Part shown: positions 19,001-27,900 of the stretch, in pieces
How positions within the stretch are numbered: the first letter of the stretch is position 1
Layout: each line of letters opens with the position of its first letter
Virus record (IMG/VR): IMGVR_UViG_3300030090_005562
Location: 32,001-96,000 of that record
Reading direction: 5' to 3' (one strand)
Source: a virus
Length of the DNA: 64,000 nucleotides
Made by a program: the position numbers and the translations under genes
Notes under the pieces: model-generated
Seen by the model: only the letters and a program-made list of their open reading frames with translations
The model's database searches: none
What the model was told of the DNA's origin: nothing

Positions 19001-20684
19001 AGGGTTCGTCTTGGATTGCCGCACCCAAAGCTATTCTAGAAAATAACTCTATTTCTTTATCTGTATATTTACGTCCGATAATGTCTTGACCGCTACCGCC
19101 AATAAACCCTATAACCCATACCGGCTCTTTAAAATCTTCATCAACACAGAAGCATTTATTGTAATCGGTTAAAAATATTAGAGGCCTCTCTCCATTAGGG
19201 CCTCTTGTAGTCTCTCCGCAAATATCTGTTTTTTTATAGATAGGTCTGGTGCGGGTTGTATTATAAATAACATCTGTAGCAGTGCTGGTTGTTAGTGATG
19301 ATTTTTGATAAGTTCCATTGAAGAGGTCTGAATTTTCTCCTACAACCCCGCTAACACAAAGAAAATTATTTAAATCTTGTTCATCTTGAGAGCCACCAGG
19401 AACACAAGGATACTCTTCGTTATCTCCTGTTGTCGTTTCATCTCCTTCCTCTACCGGCCCATCATTTCCAGCAGAATCGCTATCTGCATTGTTTGAGCCG
19501 TCTTCTGGATGAGAGGCGCCGTCGCCGCTAGGCGGAGTAAAGGGTGTAGAGCCTTCTCCATCGGAAGGCGGCTCTGATGAGTTTTCTTCTTCTGGCGGGC
19601 TGTCTGCGTGTGGGCATGCATTAACTGTAAGCTTATATTCAATGAGGCCACCACTCCCAGCGGGTGGAAACAAATCAACCTCCGCTGGATTTCTAACTGT
19701 CGTCGATTCAGACACCGCCACTACGGTTCTATCAGAACTCGCATCTGTTTTTTTATATAGTGTCCATATATCCTCCTCCCTAATCAATCCGTTTTCTGGA
19801 ATGAGCGAATATATGGGATATTGGCCGCTGCATCGTTCGAGTTCCGTGGACTCGAAAGGACAACTGTAATAAATACATCTGCTTACGCCAAGACTTTGGC
19901 TATAAACTGGCTTAGGATGGCCTGGAACAGTAACTCTAAAGAAGGCGCCCTCTGAATCAGCTAAGCTATTTTCCACATCGGGCTCATTCAAAAACTTTAT
20001 AAACATTCTAACTTTATAAGGAGCGTTGCCGCATGTAGGGCTGCCAAGGGGAATTGGAGGTCCCGATAAACTAGCGTTAAAAGTAGCGATATGATTTTTA
20101 TATCTAATTGTAATTTTCGCTACGGCACTTTCTCCAGGATGATAAAGATATGCATAGACAACTGCGGTTCTATCTCCAGAGCTTCTTGCAATTTGCTCTC
20201 CGTTTATAAACATAAATTCTCTTTGCTCGCCGTTCTCAAGAAAAGCGTCAGAGAGATTCATGAAATAACTCAGATTTTTTTGATACATGAAAGACTCTAC
20301 AACGTGCGTGCGAAAGCTACCGGCGTCCAAGTGTGGTAGAATTTGTTTCCACTCTGTTAAAGAAACCCAAAGAGGTTTTTGAGGTTCTACATCTCCTGTA
20401 AACCAATCAAAGTTCGGATATCCTGGATTTCCTAAGTCGTCGACTAAACACTGACCCGCTTGTTCCCCTAGATATTCAGCCTCTAACTGCAAATCGGAGT
20501 GGCTTTCACTATCAAGGAGTTGCGCTTCAATCCTTGCGGTTGCAGGAAATGAATCTGGCGGCAGGGGGGTTCTGTATGCGCCTCGTGCTGTCAAAGTTTT
20601 TTTCAATTGTCCAGTTGAATCTGTTAAACATAAATATGGTCTCTCGTAGCATCCAAAGCTTAAATCATCAGATTCATGAACCAT
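13056..20684 (-). CDS. Giant (2542 aa) Cys-rich modular virion adhesin/tail-fibre protein with two DUF2927-like zincin domains and a LamG-like domain
   Basis: Long ORF at the end of the tail operon; EELTQVLGMGQD..DSIFYQ; SFWFKK...WTHYFFW...IDLVKVW; acidic Pro/Gly linkers. Confidence 0.7.
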   Translation of the reverse strand: MVHESDDLSFGCYERPYLCLTDSTGQLKKTLTARGAYRTPLPPDSFPATARIEAQLLDSESHSDLQLEAEYLGEQAGQCLVDDLGNPGYPNFDWFTGDVEPQKPLWVSLTEWKQILPHLDAGSFRTHVVESFMYQKNLSYFMNLSDAFLENGEQREFMFINGEQIARSSGDRTAVVYAYLYHPGESAVAKITIRYKNHIATFNASLSGPPIPLGSPTCGNAPYKVRMFIKFLNEPDVENSLADSEGAFFRVTVPGHPKPVYSQSLGVSRCIYYSCPFESTELERCSGQYPIYSLIPENGLIREEDIWTLYKKTDASSDRTVVAVSESTTVRNPAEVDLFPPAGSGGLIEYKLTVNACPHADSPPEEENSSEPPSDGEGSTPFTPPSGDGASHPEDGSNNADSDSAGNDGPVEEGDETTTGDNEEYPCVPGGSQDEQDLNNFLCVSGVVGENSDLFNGTYQKSSLTTSTATDVIYNTTRTRPIYKKTDICGETTRGPNGERPLIFLTDYNKCFCVDEDFKEPVWVIGFIGGSGQDIIGRKYTDKEIELFSRIALGAAIQDEPSETIKKWADENVYINIIEGATSDDLTEINKVIADINSLFSKLDIGKTIEVTTAGQTAGTEPPTGAIHLFFCDEDRFKFVNKGYRNGGYYSSDGLAARGLMPANQRFFVDVRNYFDSENFSRAQIYINEDRTGDERNLIIRKAIAKSLGLLKSPQIDDDDADYFHQGTADTVLFKSTARYSDEGYFPFDFFCLDKKIISMLYESVISSKDTAADISSKLSALTNASCTGSGHHHSVLFYHPYLGSTISDSPPTVNDSIYAWQSVSIPHQNSNVQISSGTCCQSDDCDESTPPIPEEPPTTPEEPSSGSDSASPPTSGEGDSLSPGEGENTIGSIPCNQNIENIKKIPAFCVTDDISSVNDKVELPDGSNVKISDLVEGCYTRNVEGDTVSWVQVRPIFGNPKITLVEQYGSWYFSLTYRENLTMVFDKEGDSFIASYGGGKFELVPIKECLLSSEGCCTTNYEDDVAFCIVGDGPLAGCYSFYRSLDSDGQDIPLSDYQAFDGPPEMLTFAEGNIVEFVRQIERNTGVGGGLKENAIVIVGRQTRGKKDFCNIRIENQNVPEGELSFIYALLDIKSMPVEFSSGIPSVTYTLSYVDGCGVSDVTSDDYRCSSTTRAGPVVCGTAACGGIYDICGDETSGPANFYPPPPGGEDTNEACGSNKKATDGIYGNTGDEDVVKFTQECEQRGGTVLHIPGQPAPRTPLDCSTTITASGFPNDSVFKINGTYQYLAPENYPTTKPDGTPIDFGGEGGRNIWAKDDGRYFIRLWTTAIATTPVTQWSIWTWFPYNPGPPGFPIIMYKLSDPNSHFPDCPEETVKGGWEELSGVQDLSNFELTASSSPIPRYNFCCEPESSGEDNYPGDPGGDAPSCDEGEGVPTGGIYGPDTDPKVGKFIEDCHADGGSTHIVPATNSKPEYRYCCKKYGSAPVDGGGNDGKIATATHLCIDVTESLTVGISGPAKYFRGCYVSGYEAPDNCAPSAEDVQNVPAWCVTKKDDSNTAFCLEPRTASGAIVTPKIWERPGETNITVEEVTILPGAEDPVVLQHNFGEASGPVTLSIIANSDNASSWVGTYAGVQWVFQALNECGGLQVGGVACGSTKKLSSPCDDKTNNPNGKGSPWNKRDGGSYRVAHEGGTWYLYGPEFSYDQNAVQGPEVDPAKGTSRLYATSTDNDISDGITNWVPSNQILNHHNITERVQASSFEFLRLRVVGPECCDELVGDNAGNIPPSVAADPVDDEGNTIGAGEGTGGPNSYGSIRGCIDEKFEVCIEEACGTNELGAGIPPEPALIDNELPHFQTVCGGTELEGAAAPVRRFKKTNVPVKALWYDDDGNEINAIAEDVQTLKTTISKLNELMSKGGEGPTLVYTTGTVSLFNGAIIVIFSEVEKFNEIFQNALGQSPGMPAGTAGFYRQLYAPGADANKFIKSGFVWVGNNDPSPVEHPVRRKSVTMEELTQVLGMGQDVEKYCDGRDATDSIFYQFKNQILESSPTSFSPEDQYVIKTLHKSYVTPGKPSHLVAKDIREQENREETNCNPQAQAQETIPANNFSPCACYEFEARGCESIGQELQPHHLTGVNGGVAPAGNGNKDLVSFGSAQTPRGYHVYPDGNGHFSDFTNVSAKFDGTAFFTSKSGQEENLCWNMAESHGGTWGRGVGPPIARQIDGYPHKHGYGVAVSFWFKKTGAPSGKMEGVVTHCYGMGQNGEYPQTLGGWGVFYKNGKLIFVVSSEGDSGTEYISVPEKQGGTQYGSIDASDEWTHYFFWHNANDKEANEAEGGQGKNGIIGLVEHQGQDTIVHIQPVDGKHDRAFSAAAGAEFAIGVNKFQGATNPLNNAEIDLVKVWDNVAEKQKMLQIHHADYNEGKGRSCAKGLAACVGQNFDAGDREANTVDTSTQSNVVEGHYPVFENEETAKINSPVHRADKVEISGKTYYMPQGLVLGETIFMGDYGSDGGGGGGASSTSTTTTTTSSTTTTTSSDDGGTTTTSY
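13064..13167 (+). repeat. Imperfect trinucleotide repeats (GTT/GTG/CCT) encoding a Gly/Ser/Thr low-complexity C-terminal tail
   Basis: gttgttgttgttgttgtt and cctcctcctcct; protein GGGGGGASSTSTTTTTTSSTTTTTSSDDGGTTTTSY. Confidence 0.8.
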
Positions 20685-20685
20685 T

Positions 20686-22323
20686 TTAAATACCCTCCCA
20701 AGCAGTTCCGGATAAATCGCATCTATTGATGGCGTCTAATAAAACACAGACTGGGTGAGGCACGTACTCTAAAACTTCAATTTTCAATCTTGTTGTTCTT
20801 GGAAGTTCTTCAGGAAAAGAAATCATAGCGTCATTTAATTCTGGAACAGACCTATCCCAGCTATTTTGCGTCCTTACTCTATAATATGGAACGTCTTGAA
20901 CTCCATGCTGTGTATAATCTGGAAGGCCTATCAAATTTTTAACCTCACACATATCAAACGCTTCAAGCTTTGGTATAGTAATTGGATAGTCCCATTTTGC
21001 ATTAGTAACAACAAAATTTTTATATCTACTTATATCTGAGTTATAGAAATTGCTTAGAGAGCCATTTTCACAGAAAGGAACATAAACCTCATTAAGGTCA
21101 TTGACGCTGCTAGTTTGTGGTATTTGTATCCATCTTGGTTTCGTCGCCTTTAAAGCGTACTTAACTCTAAGTTGGGATGGTTCCTGATTCTGTCCATCCT
21201 GCTCTTCTTCAACATCAAGATAAACATTTAAATCTCCAATGCGACTGCCGTCTCGTGCAACTGCGTAAGAAAGAGTTGGATTTGAACCAAGCTGAATAAA
21301 TTCTGTTCGTAGGAAAAAGCCTCTGCCATAGGCCCTATTTGCGCTGCCTTGCCCGTCTGCTGAAGTTTCTGCATAAAGATAATAGTCGCCACTGTTACCT
21401 GTTTCTAGACCAGTGTTACTACTGGGCGTGCCTCCGCTGTCTCGATTCCACCTTCCATTATTAGTGGCGGTCTCTATCGGAACCCAGTCAACGTCGTCGT
21501 AACTAGAAATATCTCCATACTTATCTATGACATCGGTCCCCACTCCACTACCGTCGCTGGTTTCCCATCCTTCGGGCACTCCATTTTCAAATGAATAATT
21601 TGTTCCATCAATGTTTATATCGTCTAGTTGTAAATCAGCCCTAAAAGTGAAACCTTCAGACTGTTGAACGTAATGAAAAACAAGTTTAACTTTTTTGTTA
21701 CTGTAACTAGAAAGGCCAGAGACCGTCCTAGTCTCCCAAACCCTGGCGGTTGTTCCAGGCAAAGAATCTAAAGACTCTGTTAACCCTCCTGGCTCTGTAG
21801 ACGGACATCGCTCATAAAGCGGATTTGGTATCCACATAGCAGGGTGAATCATCCATCTAAATACCCACTTTGGAGTATTGTAAGTGCTATCTAGAGTGAG
21901 GAAGAAGTCAGAGCGATTTGTTCCGTCCCAGTAACCATTAACCCTTGAGCCCCTGTAAACACTCCAATCATAAACATTATTTGGAATATGATAGTCTGGG
22001 AAAACAAATGGAAAGTCTGTTGGGGCTAAGCTCTCTTTGAGATAATATGTAGTTACAGGAGATATGTTAAAGGAAACTCTTTCTTGAAGTATCCTGCAAG
22101 ACATAAATGCTGTTTCACCCCTACCCTGCTCATCTCTTGATTGATATAAGTTTCTAGCGTGAGAGCCTGTAATGTAATCAATGTATTTTTCAAGCTCGTC
22201 TTTATTTACGGCCTCATAAATACCCATTGGGTACATATCAGTTCTATTTGCAAGTGGTATAGGGTCTCCAGGACTTTCATCGTGAGTGACCCTTATTTTA
22301 GTAGGCACTCTAATTTCTGACAC
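20686..22323 (-). CDS. Virion-associated protein with a (permuted) MAM domain
   Basis: GRWNRDSGGTPSSNTG...GDYYLYAETS and ADLQLDDINI MAM signatures. Confidence 0.7.
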   Translation of the reverse strand: MSEIRVPTKIRVTHDESPGDPIPLANRTDMYPMGIYEAVNKDELEKYIDYITGSHARNLYQSRDEQGRGETAFMSCRILQERVSFNISPVTTYYLKESLAPTDFPFVFPDYHIPNNVYDWSVYRGSRVNGYWDGTNRSDFFLTLDSTYNTPKWVFRWMIHPAMWIPNPLYERCPSTEPGGLTESLDSLPGTTARVWETRTVSGLSSYSNKKVKLVFHYVQQSEGFTFRADLQLDDINIDGTNYSFENGVPEGWETSDGSGVGTDVIDKYGDISSYDDVDWVPIETATNNGRWNRDSGGTPSSNTGLETGNSGDYYLYAETSADGQGSANRAYGRGFFLRTEFIQLGSNPTLSYAVARDGSRIGDLNVYLDVEEEQDGQNQEPSQLRVKYALKATKPRWIQIPQTSSVNDLNEVYVPFCENGSLSNFYNSDISRYKNFVVTNAKWDYPITIPKLEAFDMCEVKNLIGLPDYTQHGVQDVPYYRVRTQNSWDRSVPELNDAMISFPEELPRTTRLKIEVLEYVPHPVCVLLDAINRCDLSGTAWEGI

Positions 22324-22333
22324 AGTAAATCCT

Positions 22334-22975
22334 CTATAGATATTCTAAAGAGAAGAATAAGCCATATTGAGTTTTATTACCAATAGAATCAGGGCTAGCA
22401 GAAATAGCTGCATACCAATCATGTCTAGCAGACTGTTTAGTTGATATAACGCTAACGCCATCTCCCGCATAAAAGCCGCTAATTCCAGGAGAGTTGGCAA
22501 ATGCCGCAACAACACCAGAGCCTTTAGGCGTTATCCATTGGCTGTCTCCAGAGCCAGTGGCAAACTGTGTTACTCTAGGGTGAATAATTTCAGCAACTTT
22601 AGTCGTTACACCAGACGCAGGATTGTTAATGTTAGTTCTGTCGTATATTCTCATCTCACAGTTTTGCGTTTTAACTTTACTTGAGTGAGTGAATCTAATG
22701 TTTAGAGTCGCTTGATAATTTGGAATTGCTTGAAGGCCTATTCCGCTCGACGCAGCGCCAATAATACCGCTGCCAATATTCAAAAACTTTATGTTTTGAG
22801 CTTGGGCGCCTTTTGTTGCTCCTGTGCCATCAGACACAAAAGTTGTCCCTTGATAAGCTCCAACTTCAACACTAGAGCCAAATCCAGCACTGCCAAAAAA
22901 AGCAAGTCCTGAGCCGCCTAGTTTTAAGTCATAATCAAAGCCTGTTTGATTTATAAGAAAGTCTATTTGTGCCAT
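22334..22975 (-). CDS. Putative structural (tail) protein, beta-rich
   Basis: Strong SD AGGAGA, own TGGTGTATA motif upstream, Gly/Ser-rich beta composition. Confidence 0.6.
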   Translation of the reverse strand: MAQIDFLINQTGFDYDLKLGGSGLAFFGSAGFGSSVEVGAYQGTTFVSDGTGATKGAQAQNIKFLNIGSGIIGAASSGIGLQAIPNYQATLNIRFTHSSKVKTQNCEMRIYDRTNINNPASGVTTKVAEIIHPRVTQFATGSGDSQWITPKGSGVVAAFANSPGISGFYAGDGVSVISTKQSARHDWYAAISASPDSIGNKTQYGLFFSLEYL

Positions 22976-23000
22976 TTTAAAATATCTCCTGTTATGGGAA

Positions 23001-23009
23001 TATACACCA
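23001..23009 (-). promoter_or_regulatory. Putative late promoter TGGTGTATA
   Basis: Intergenic copy of the recurrent 9-mer, 25 nt upstream of ATG 22975. Confidence 0.7.
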
Positions 23010-23010
23010 T

Positions 23011-23253
23011 TTATTGTTGTTTAGGCCATTTGTTCTCAGGGCAGTCTTCACTTCTCCACCAAGCCTTTTTTGAAAGAACACAGCCGCATTTAATGCATTC
23101 GCCGTCTTTGTGATATTCGCAGGCGTTGCACGCATTTAATCTCTCTATATATTGTTCTAATGATACATCTTTAAATCCATCTTCAGCATGTTTTTTAACA
23201 GCTTTTGCAAAATTTGTTGCTTTTTTTATTATTCCTGGTTTATTATCATTCAT
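23011..23253 (-). CDS. Small Cys-rich metal-binding protein (DUF6171-like)
   Basis: ERLNACNAC...CIKCGC...K......CPENKW; SD GAGGAG. Confidence 0.7.
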   Translation of the reverse strand: MNDNKPGIIKKATNFAKAVKKHAEDGFKDVSLEQYIERLNACNACEYHKDGECIKCGCVLSKKAWWRSEDCPENKWPKQQ

Positions 23254-23284
23254 TTTTTTTCTCCTCTTGTTTAAGTGCCCCAGT

Positions 23285-24937
23285 TTAAGGGTTTAAATAA
23301 CAATATTCTTTTGTAGGAACTTTTTTATGTGATGAATAATCAGTCGGATTCTCAACGCAGGGAGGGGTTCTCCATCCACCCAATCCTCCTTCGAGGAGTT
23401 TTGAAGACATGAAAGCGGGGTCATGAAAGAATATGGTCTTTTGACTAAACGGCTCCTGTTCAGCCCCGTCTAATAAAAGATTGACATTTAAACATTTATT
23501 ATAGTCTGCAATTAGACACCAATAATCGTAAACTCTATATTCTGGCTCAACCCAGCCAGGAACAGGAACTATATCTCCCTCATAAGGCCAAAGAATATTT
23601 CCAAATTTTTCACTTTCATAGACTTTTCTTGTTGGCGGACAGTCTTCGTTCTCTAAAGCTCTATCCCAATATCTTAACCACCTTGGATTGGCATTACTTG
23701 GTTGTTCAGGAAGTCTGCCTCCTCCAGTCCATCCTATCCAGCATGGGTCGTAAACGCAAGTAGGGGTATCCCTGGTAACACTTGCAACTGGGTTCAACTC
23801 TTCCTCTCCTGTGTTCTCATTCTTTTCTTTCTTAAACAATCCGGAGTCCTCTTTGCATTTATCACTAATGTCTGGTGATGGGCATTTTGGAAAAATCTTT
23901 TTAAGACCATCTTGAAACCAAAGCAATTCACTCCACAGTCCTTTAGAGCTAGAGTTACAATTTGGCTCAGGCTGAACATTATATTCTGGGTCTCCTGGGT
24001 CTTCCATATTTGTATATCGCATCTCATATGAGGTAAAATCCCAAGAAACTCCCCTATTTGAACCGTGAGAACCAAGGTCTCTCCAAGCGTCTGATGCAGA
24101 AGCCGGTGTGTCAAAAGCAGTGGCGGAAGGGCTTTCTAAGTTTCTATCACTGCAATAATTGGTTGAACAATCTCTTGCTTCTGAAAACTGAACGTTTGCG
24201 GCCCTTGTTTCCATACCATAGCTGCTATAACCGACCGCAGTTCTTGCGCAGTTGTGGGTTTTCTCGTCAGGTTGATTTACACCCATGAAATCTTTTAAAA
24301 ATTTTTCAAAATTTTCTGACCAATATGTTGTTGGTAAAAATTCACTAGGTCCGCCATATGCCTCAGAGCCCGCCTCGCAAGGATGGCAAGGAACGTCTCT
24401 TCCGCAGTCTTGGTATTCACACGCAGGCGGTACGCCATCTGCGGGAACCTTAGTGACAGGAGCAGGGTTGGCACATTCACTAATAAAATTTCCTGTTAAT
24501 ATATTACATTGCGGAAAGCTAGCAATCAAGTCAGTTCCAGCTATATTTCCCTCACACTGTTCGCTTCCTCCAATAAAGGCGTTGCGTGACGCAGCTGATG
24601 CTGGATGAGAGCCGTTTGTAAGTATAGCTTTAATTACTGGATACGAAGAAACTGAAGAGTTGGTTCTATGGCCTTGAACTGGACCTAAAGAAATGACTGT
24701 GCTACACCAGCCTCCGTTTACGCCTCCATTAGCAAGCTGCCAATAATGATGAGCATCCCAGCAATCTCCTTGTGCTATTGCGTCTGCAAGAGGCATTGTC
24801 CTTTGGCCTGGAACTAAATGAAAAGAGTTTGGTGTAAAAGAAAACCTTCCACTTTCCATATACTGAGTTTTAACTTCCCCTGAAGCTGAAGGAGCCTTAC
24901 ACCAAGAGGCTATATGTGGTTGACATAAATTTGACAT
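23285..24937 (-). CDS. Cys/Trp/Pro-rich hypothetical tail-associated protein
   Basis: 550-aa ORF directly downstream of the tail-tip gene, SD AAGGA. Confidence 0.6.
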   Translation of the reverse strand: MSNLCQPHIASWCKAPSASGEVKTQYMESGRFSFTPNSFHLVPGQRTMPLADAIAQGDCWDAHHYWQLANGGVNGGWCSTVISLGPVQGHRTNSSVSSYPVIKAILTNGSHPASAASRNAFIGGSEQCEGNIAGTDLIASFPQCNILTGNFISECANPAPVTKVPADGVPPACEYQDCGRDVPCHPCEAGSEAYGGPSEFLPTTYWSENFEKFLKDFMGVNQPDEKTHNCARTAVGYSSYGMETRAANVQFSEARDCSTNYCSDRNLESPSATAFDTPASASDAWRDLGSHGSNRGVSWDFTSYEMRYTNMEDPGDPEYNVQPEPNCNSSSKGLWSELLWFQDGLKKIFPKCPSPDISDKCKEDSGLFKKEKNENTGEEELNPVASVTRDTPTCVYDPCWIGWTGGGRLPEQPSNANPRWLRYWDRALENEDCPPTRKVYESEKFGNILWPYEGDIVPVPGWVEPEYRVYDYWCLIADYNKCLNVNLLLDGAEQEPFSQKTIFFHDPAFMSSKLLEGGLGGWRTPPCVENPTDYSSHKKVPTKEYCYLNP

Positions 24938-24946
24938 TTTTTATCC

Positions 24947-27900
24947 TTAACAGTCGGCTACATCCATCCATTTAACAGGACATGCACCAGATTGACCTGC
25001 ATCATGACCTAAAATTTGTGCTTTATTTTCGTTATACCCAGGTATACTGGTCCAGTCAAAAGTGCTGTTGTCACAGGGGTCTGACCTTCCTATAACAGGG
25101 GTTCCTGTCCCTGGCCCGCTGCCTCCTCCTGGAATACTTGGCGTCACGGCGCCGCAAGCTTGAACTTGAGCCCATCTAGTTTCAACCCCTACAGTTGGTG
25201 GTGCTTGAGTGTATATAATTCTTGTTGTGGCCGTTAAATCTAAACAGTCGGGGCTTGGAGAGCCTGTATTGTACGCCTCAAGGTCTGTAACAACGCAAAT
25301 CGGCATAAATTCTGCTTGCATAACAACCCATTCACATCCATCTGGATTAAAATAAGCAAATATGTGTTGCCCTGAACAAAGAGGCTGGCCAAGGCGATTA
25401 GTAACAACAAAAGGAGATTGGTCGTCTGAGCCATCTCCAACAGGAGTCGCCTGCTGTGTCCCTCCTGGGACTAAATCTCCGTTTAGCTTAGCGTAGACGA
25501 TTATATTTCTATCTTTTTGTTGAACTGGAGGCGGAACCCACATTTTTTTACAGTCGTCCCATCTCACATCTAGCGGGCCAGCTTTCCAAGTATCAGGCCT
25601 CACTAACCAATCATCAGCAAATTTGCATGGGTCATTTGGTTCAGCAGGGACAGGACTACCCTCTACATCATAGCCCCAACCAACTATCACAACTGGGCCC
25701 TTCATACCTAATGGTCTAATTCCATCCGGCTCTTGCACTCTTGGCTGCAAACCATCTGAAGGCAAAGATTGGTCAAAAACTAAAGTTCTTATATCGTTTC
25801 CAGGTAAGAACTCAGGTTTGACACTTGCAAGAGTTTTAGCAAAAGTACTTGTCATGAATGGATTAGCTGTTTGAGATGTAATTTCTATTTCACAGCCAGA
25901 AGACGGGTCTGGCGAACAGCAGGGAGAGTAAACACTTGATAACCCCGCATTGAAAGTTGGGCTATCTGGACAAACGCTGCATGGAGGACTGCCAAATTCA
26001 TAAACTGTGAAATCAGCATTTTGTTCTGTAATTTGATATGGCCTAAATAAGCCTTCTAATCCAACTCCGGCAGATTTTTTCCAAATCTTTCCATCTGGAG
26101 AAGGGTCCGCCTCTTCCATCATTTGACGTAAACTCTCAGCAACAACTGTAGTACATTTGCCATGGTCTGGATAATTTGCTGGTCTTTTTGGGTCTTCTGC
26201 AAAATCTAAAGTAATCGCAGCCAGCCCATTCATTGACGTTCCTTTGCGAAAACCCCCTCCTGGACCAAACTCTTTTCCGCCATGAGCATTAGCTTGTTTA
26301 TCCGCTACTTTACCACCCTCACCTCCTCCTCCAGCTTGAATAGCATTTCTTAAAATAGACCTCTGTCTTCTTTCAACGGCTTCTGTTCTAAAAGCTCTTT
26401 GGAATTTTTGTTGAGCCTTGGCCATCTTTTCCATAAACTCCAACCTGCTTTGAGCTAAATCTCCAAAATTTGGAACAAAAGTTCTAAAAGTAAGGCTTGT
26501 AGTTACGCCTCCAACGCCAAGATTAAAAGACACGCTTGTGCATGCCGCTCCACCTAAAGAGCTTCCCAATCCAGGCACTCCTGCGTCAGTAGGAAGGCCT
26601 GTGAATTTAGCGCTACCACTTTCAAGGATTGTTCTGCCTGAAGTTTTAAGCTCTGTTTGAGCATTTCCGGCGATGTTCATAAATCCTATGCCATTAAAAT
26701 TCCAAGGCGTTAAACTTTCATCTCTTTCATATTCAGCCGAGCCAGCATCTCCATCATCATCAGCCCAAGGGCCATAGCAAAGCTCTCGACTTTGAAGTGG
26801 AACAATAGCACCATCGGGCAAAACAGGCTCAGTAGCAAGTCCTAAGCCTAGCAAACTTGCTCCGCCCCATCTTTCTGTTAATATTTCCCGCAATGTCTCA
26901 AGTTCATCCTCGTCGAGTTCTCCGTCTGCATTCGCTTCGGTCAAGATTGGTAAGAGGGCATTAGCTAATCCAACGACAACACCGCCTGGAACACCGCAAG
27001 TTGGCTTATGCAGCCTAAGCCCTCCACTAACATCAATTATTGCTGCGTGCTGAAAAGGATTGCCTTGATTGTCAAGTAGACAATTATCGGGCTGTTTTGG
27101 GTTGTCGCAATTATACAATATGATTTCATCAACAGACGACTTTATATAATAGTATTCTTTTTCAGACCACCAATCAGTTTCTAGTCTAGCAACATCAACT
27201 GTAAAGCCTGCTGGAACATCATCTTTTTTATATCTAACAAATGAGCCCACCTTTCCTTCTTCTGTTTTAAATACTTCCAGGCCTATGCCATAAAAATCTA
27301 GCAATAGTATCTTTGCATTTTCATCATATGGCCATCCACCGTCTGTTTGCTCAAAGTTTTTTTGAGCATTTGGGGGGTCGCTTGTAGATGGACAACATAA
27401 AATTGGAGGTATTGTATCTCCACCCACATCCTTTGATTCTGTGGGTAATAGAACAGCAAATTTCTTGCCATAATATTGACCAAACGAAGAAACAAATTCG
27501 TGACAACTGTGAAGAGCGCTATCTTGGCACTGCCGAGCCGCTTTCGCCAGGATAGCCTCCTCAGACGCATCCTCTATCTCAGCCGCAGTTAAATTAACCA
27601 GCCCTCTGGTTAGATTAGCCGCTATCATCTGCCAATTTAAACCAGGAACGGGTTCAACGTCGATTAGGTCTTGAATTCTGTCTCTTGCAAAAACCACGCA
27701 ATATTCATACCAAACTTCAAAACTTTCCTCTGCTGCACGTATTTCAAGTTCAGTTATAAAAATTGTATCTGTGCTTAACTCTGAGGCAAATGGCTGCAAG
27801 GTTATATCAACATCAAACCCAAGGCCAAATGGAACGGTTGGAAAAAGAACATCTTCATGAAGCTCTGGACAAATTAACTCTCCTGTTGTAGGGTCATTTC

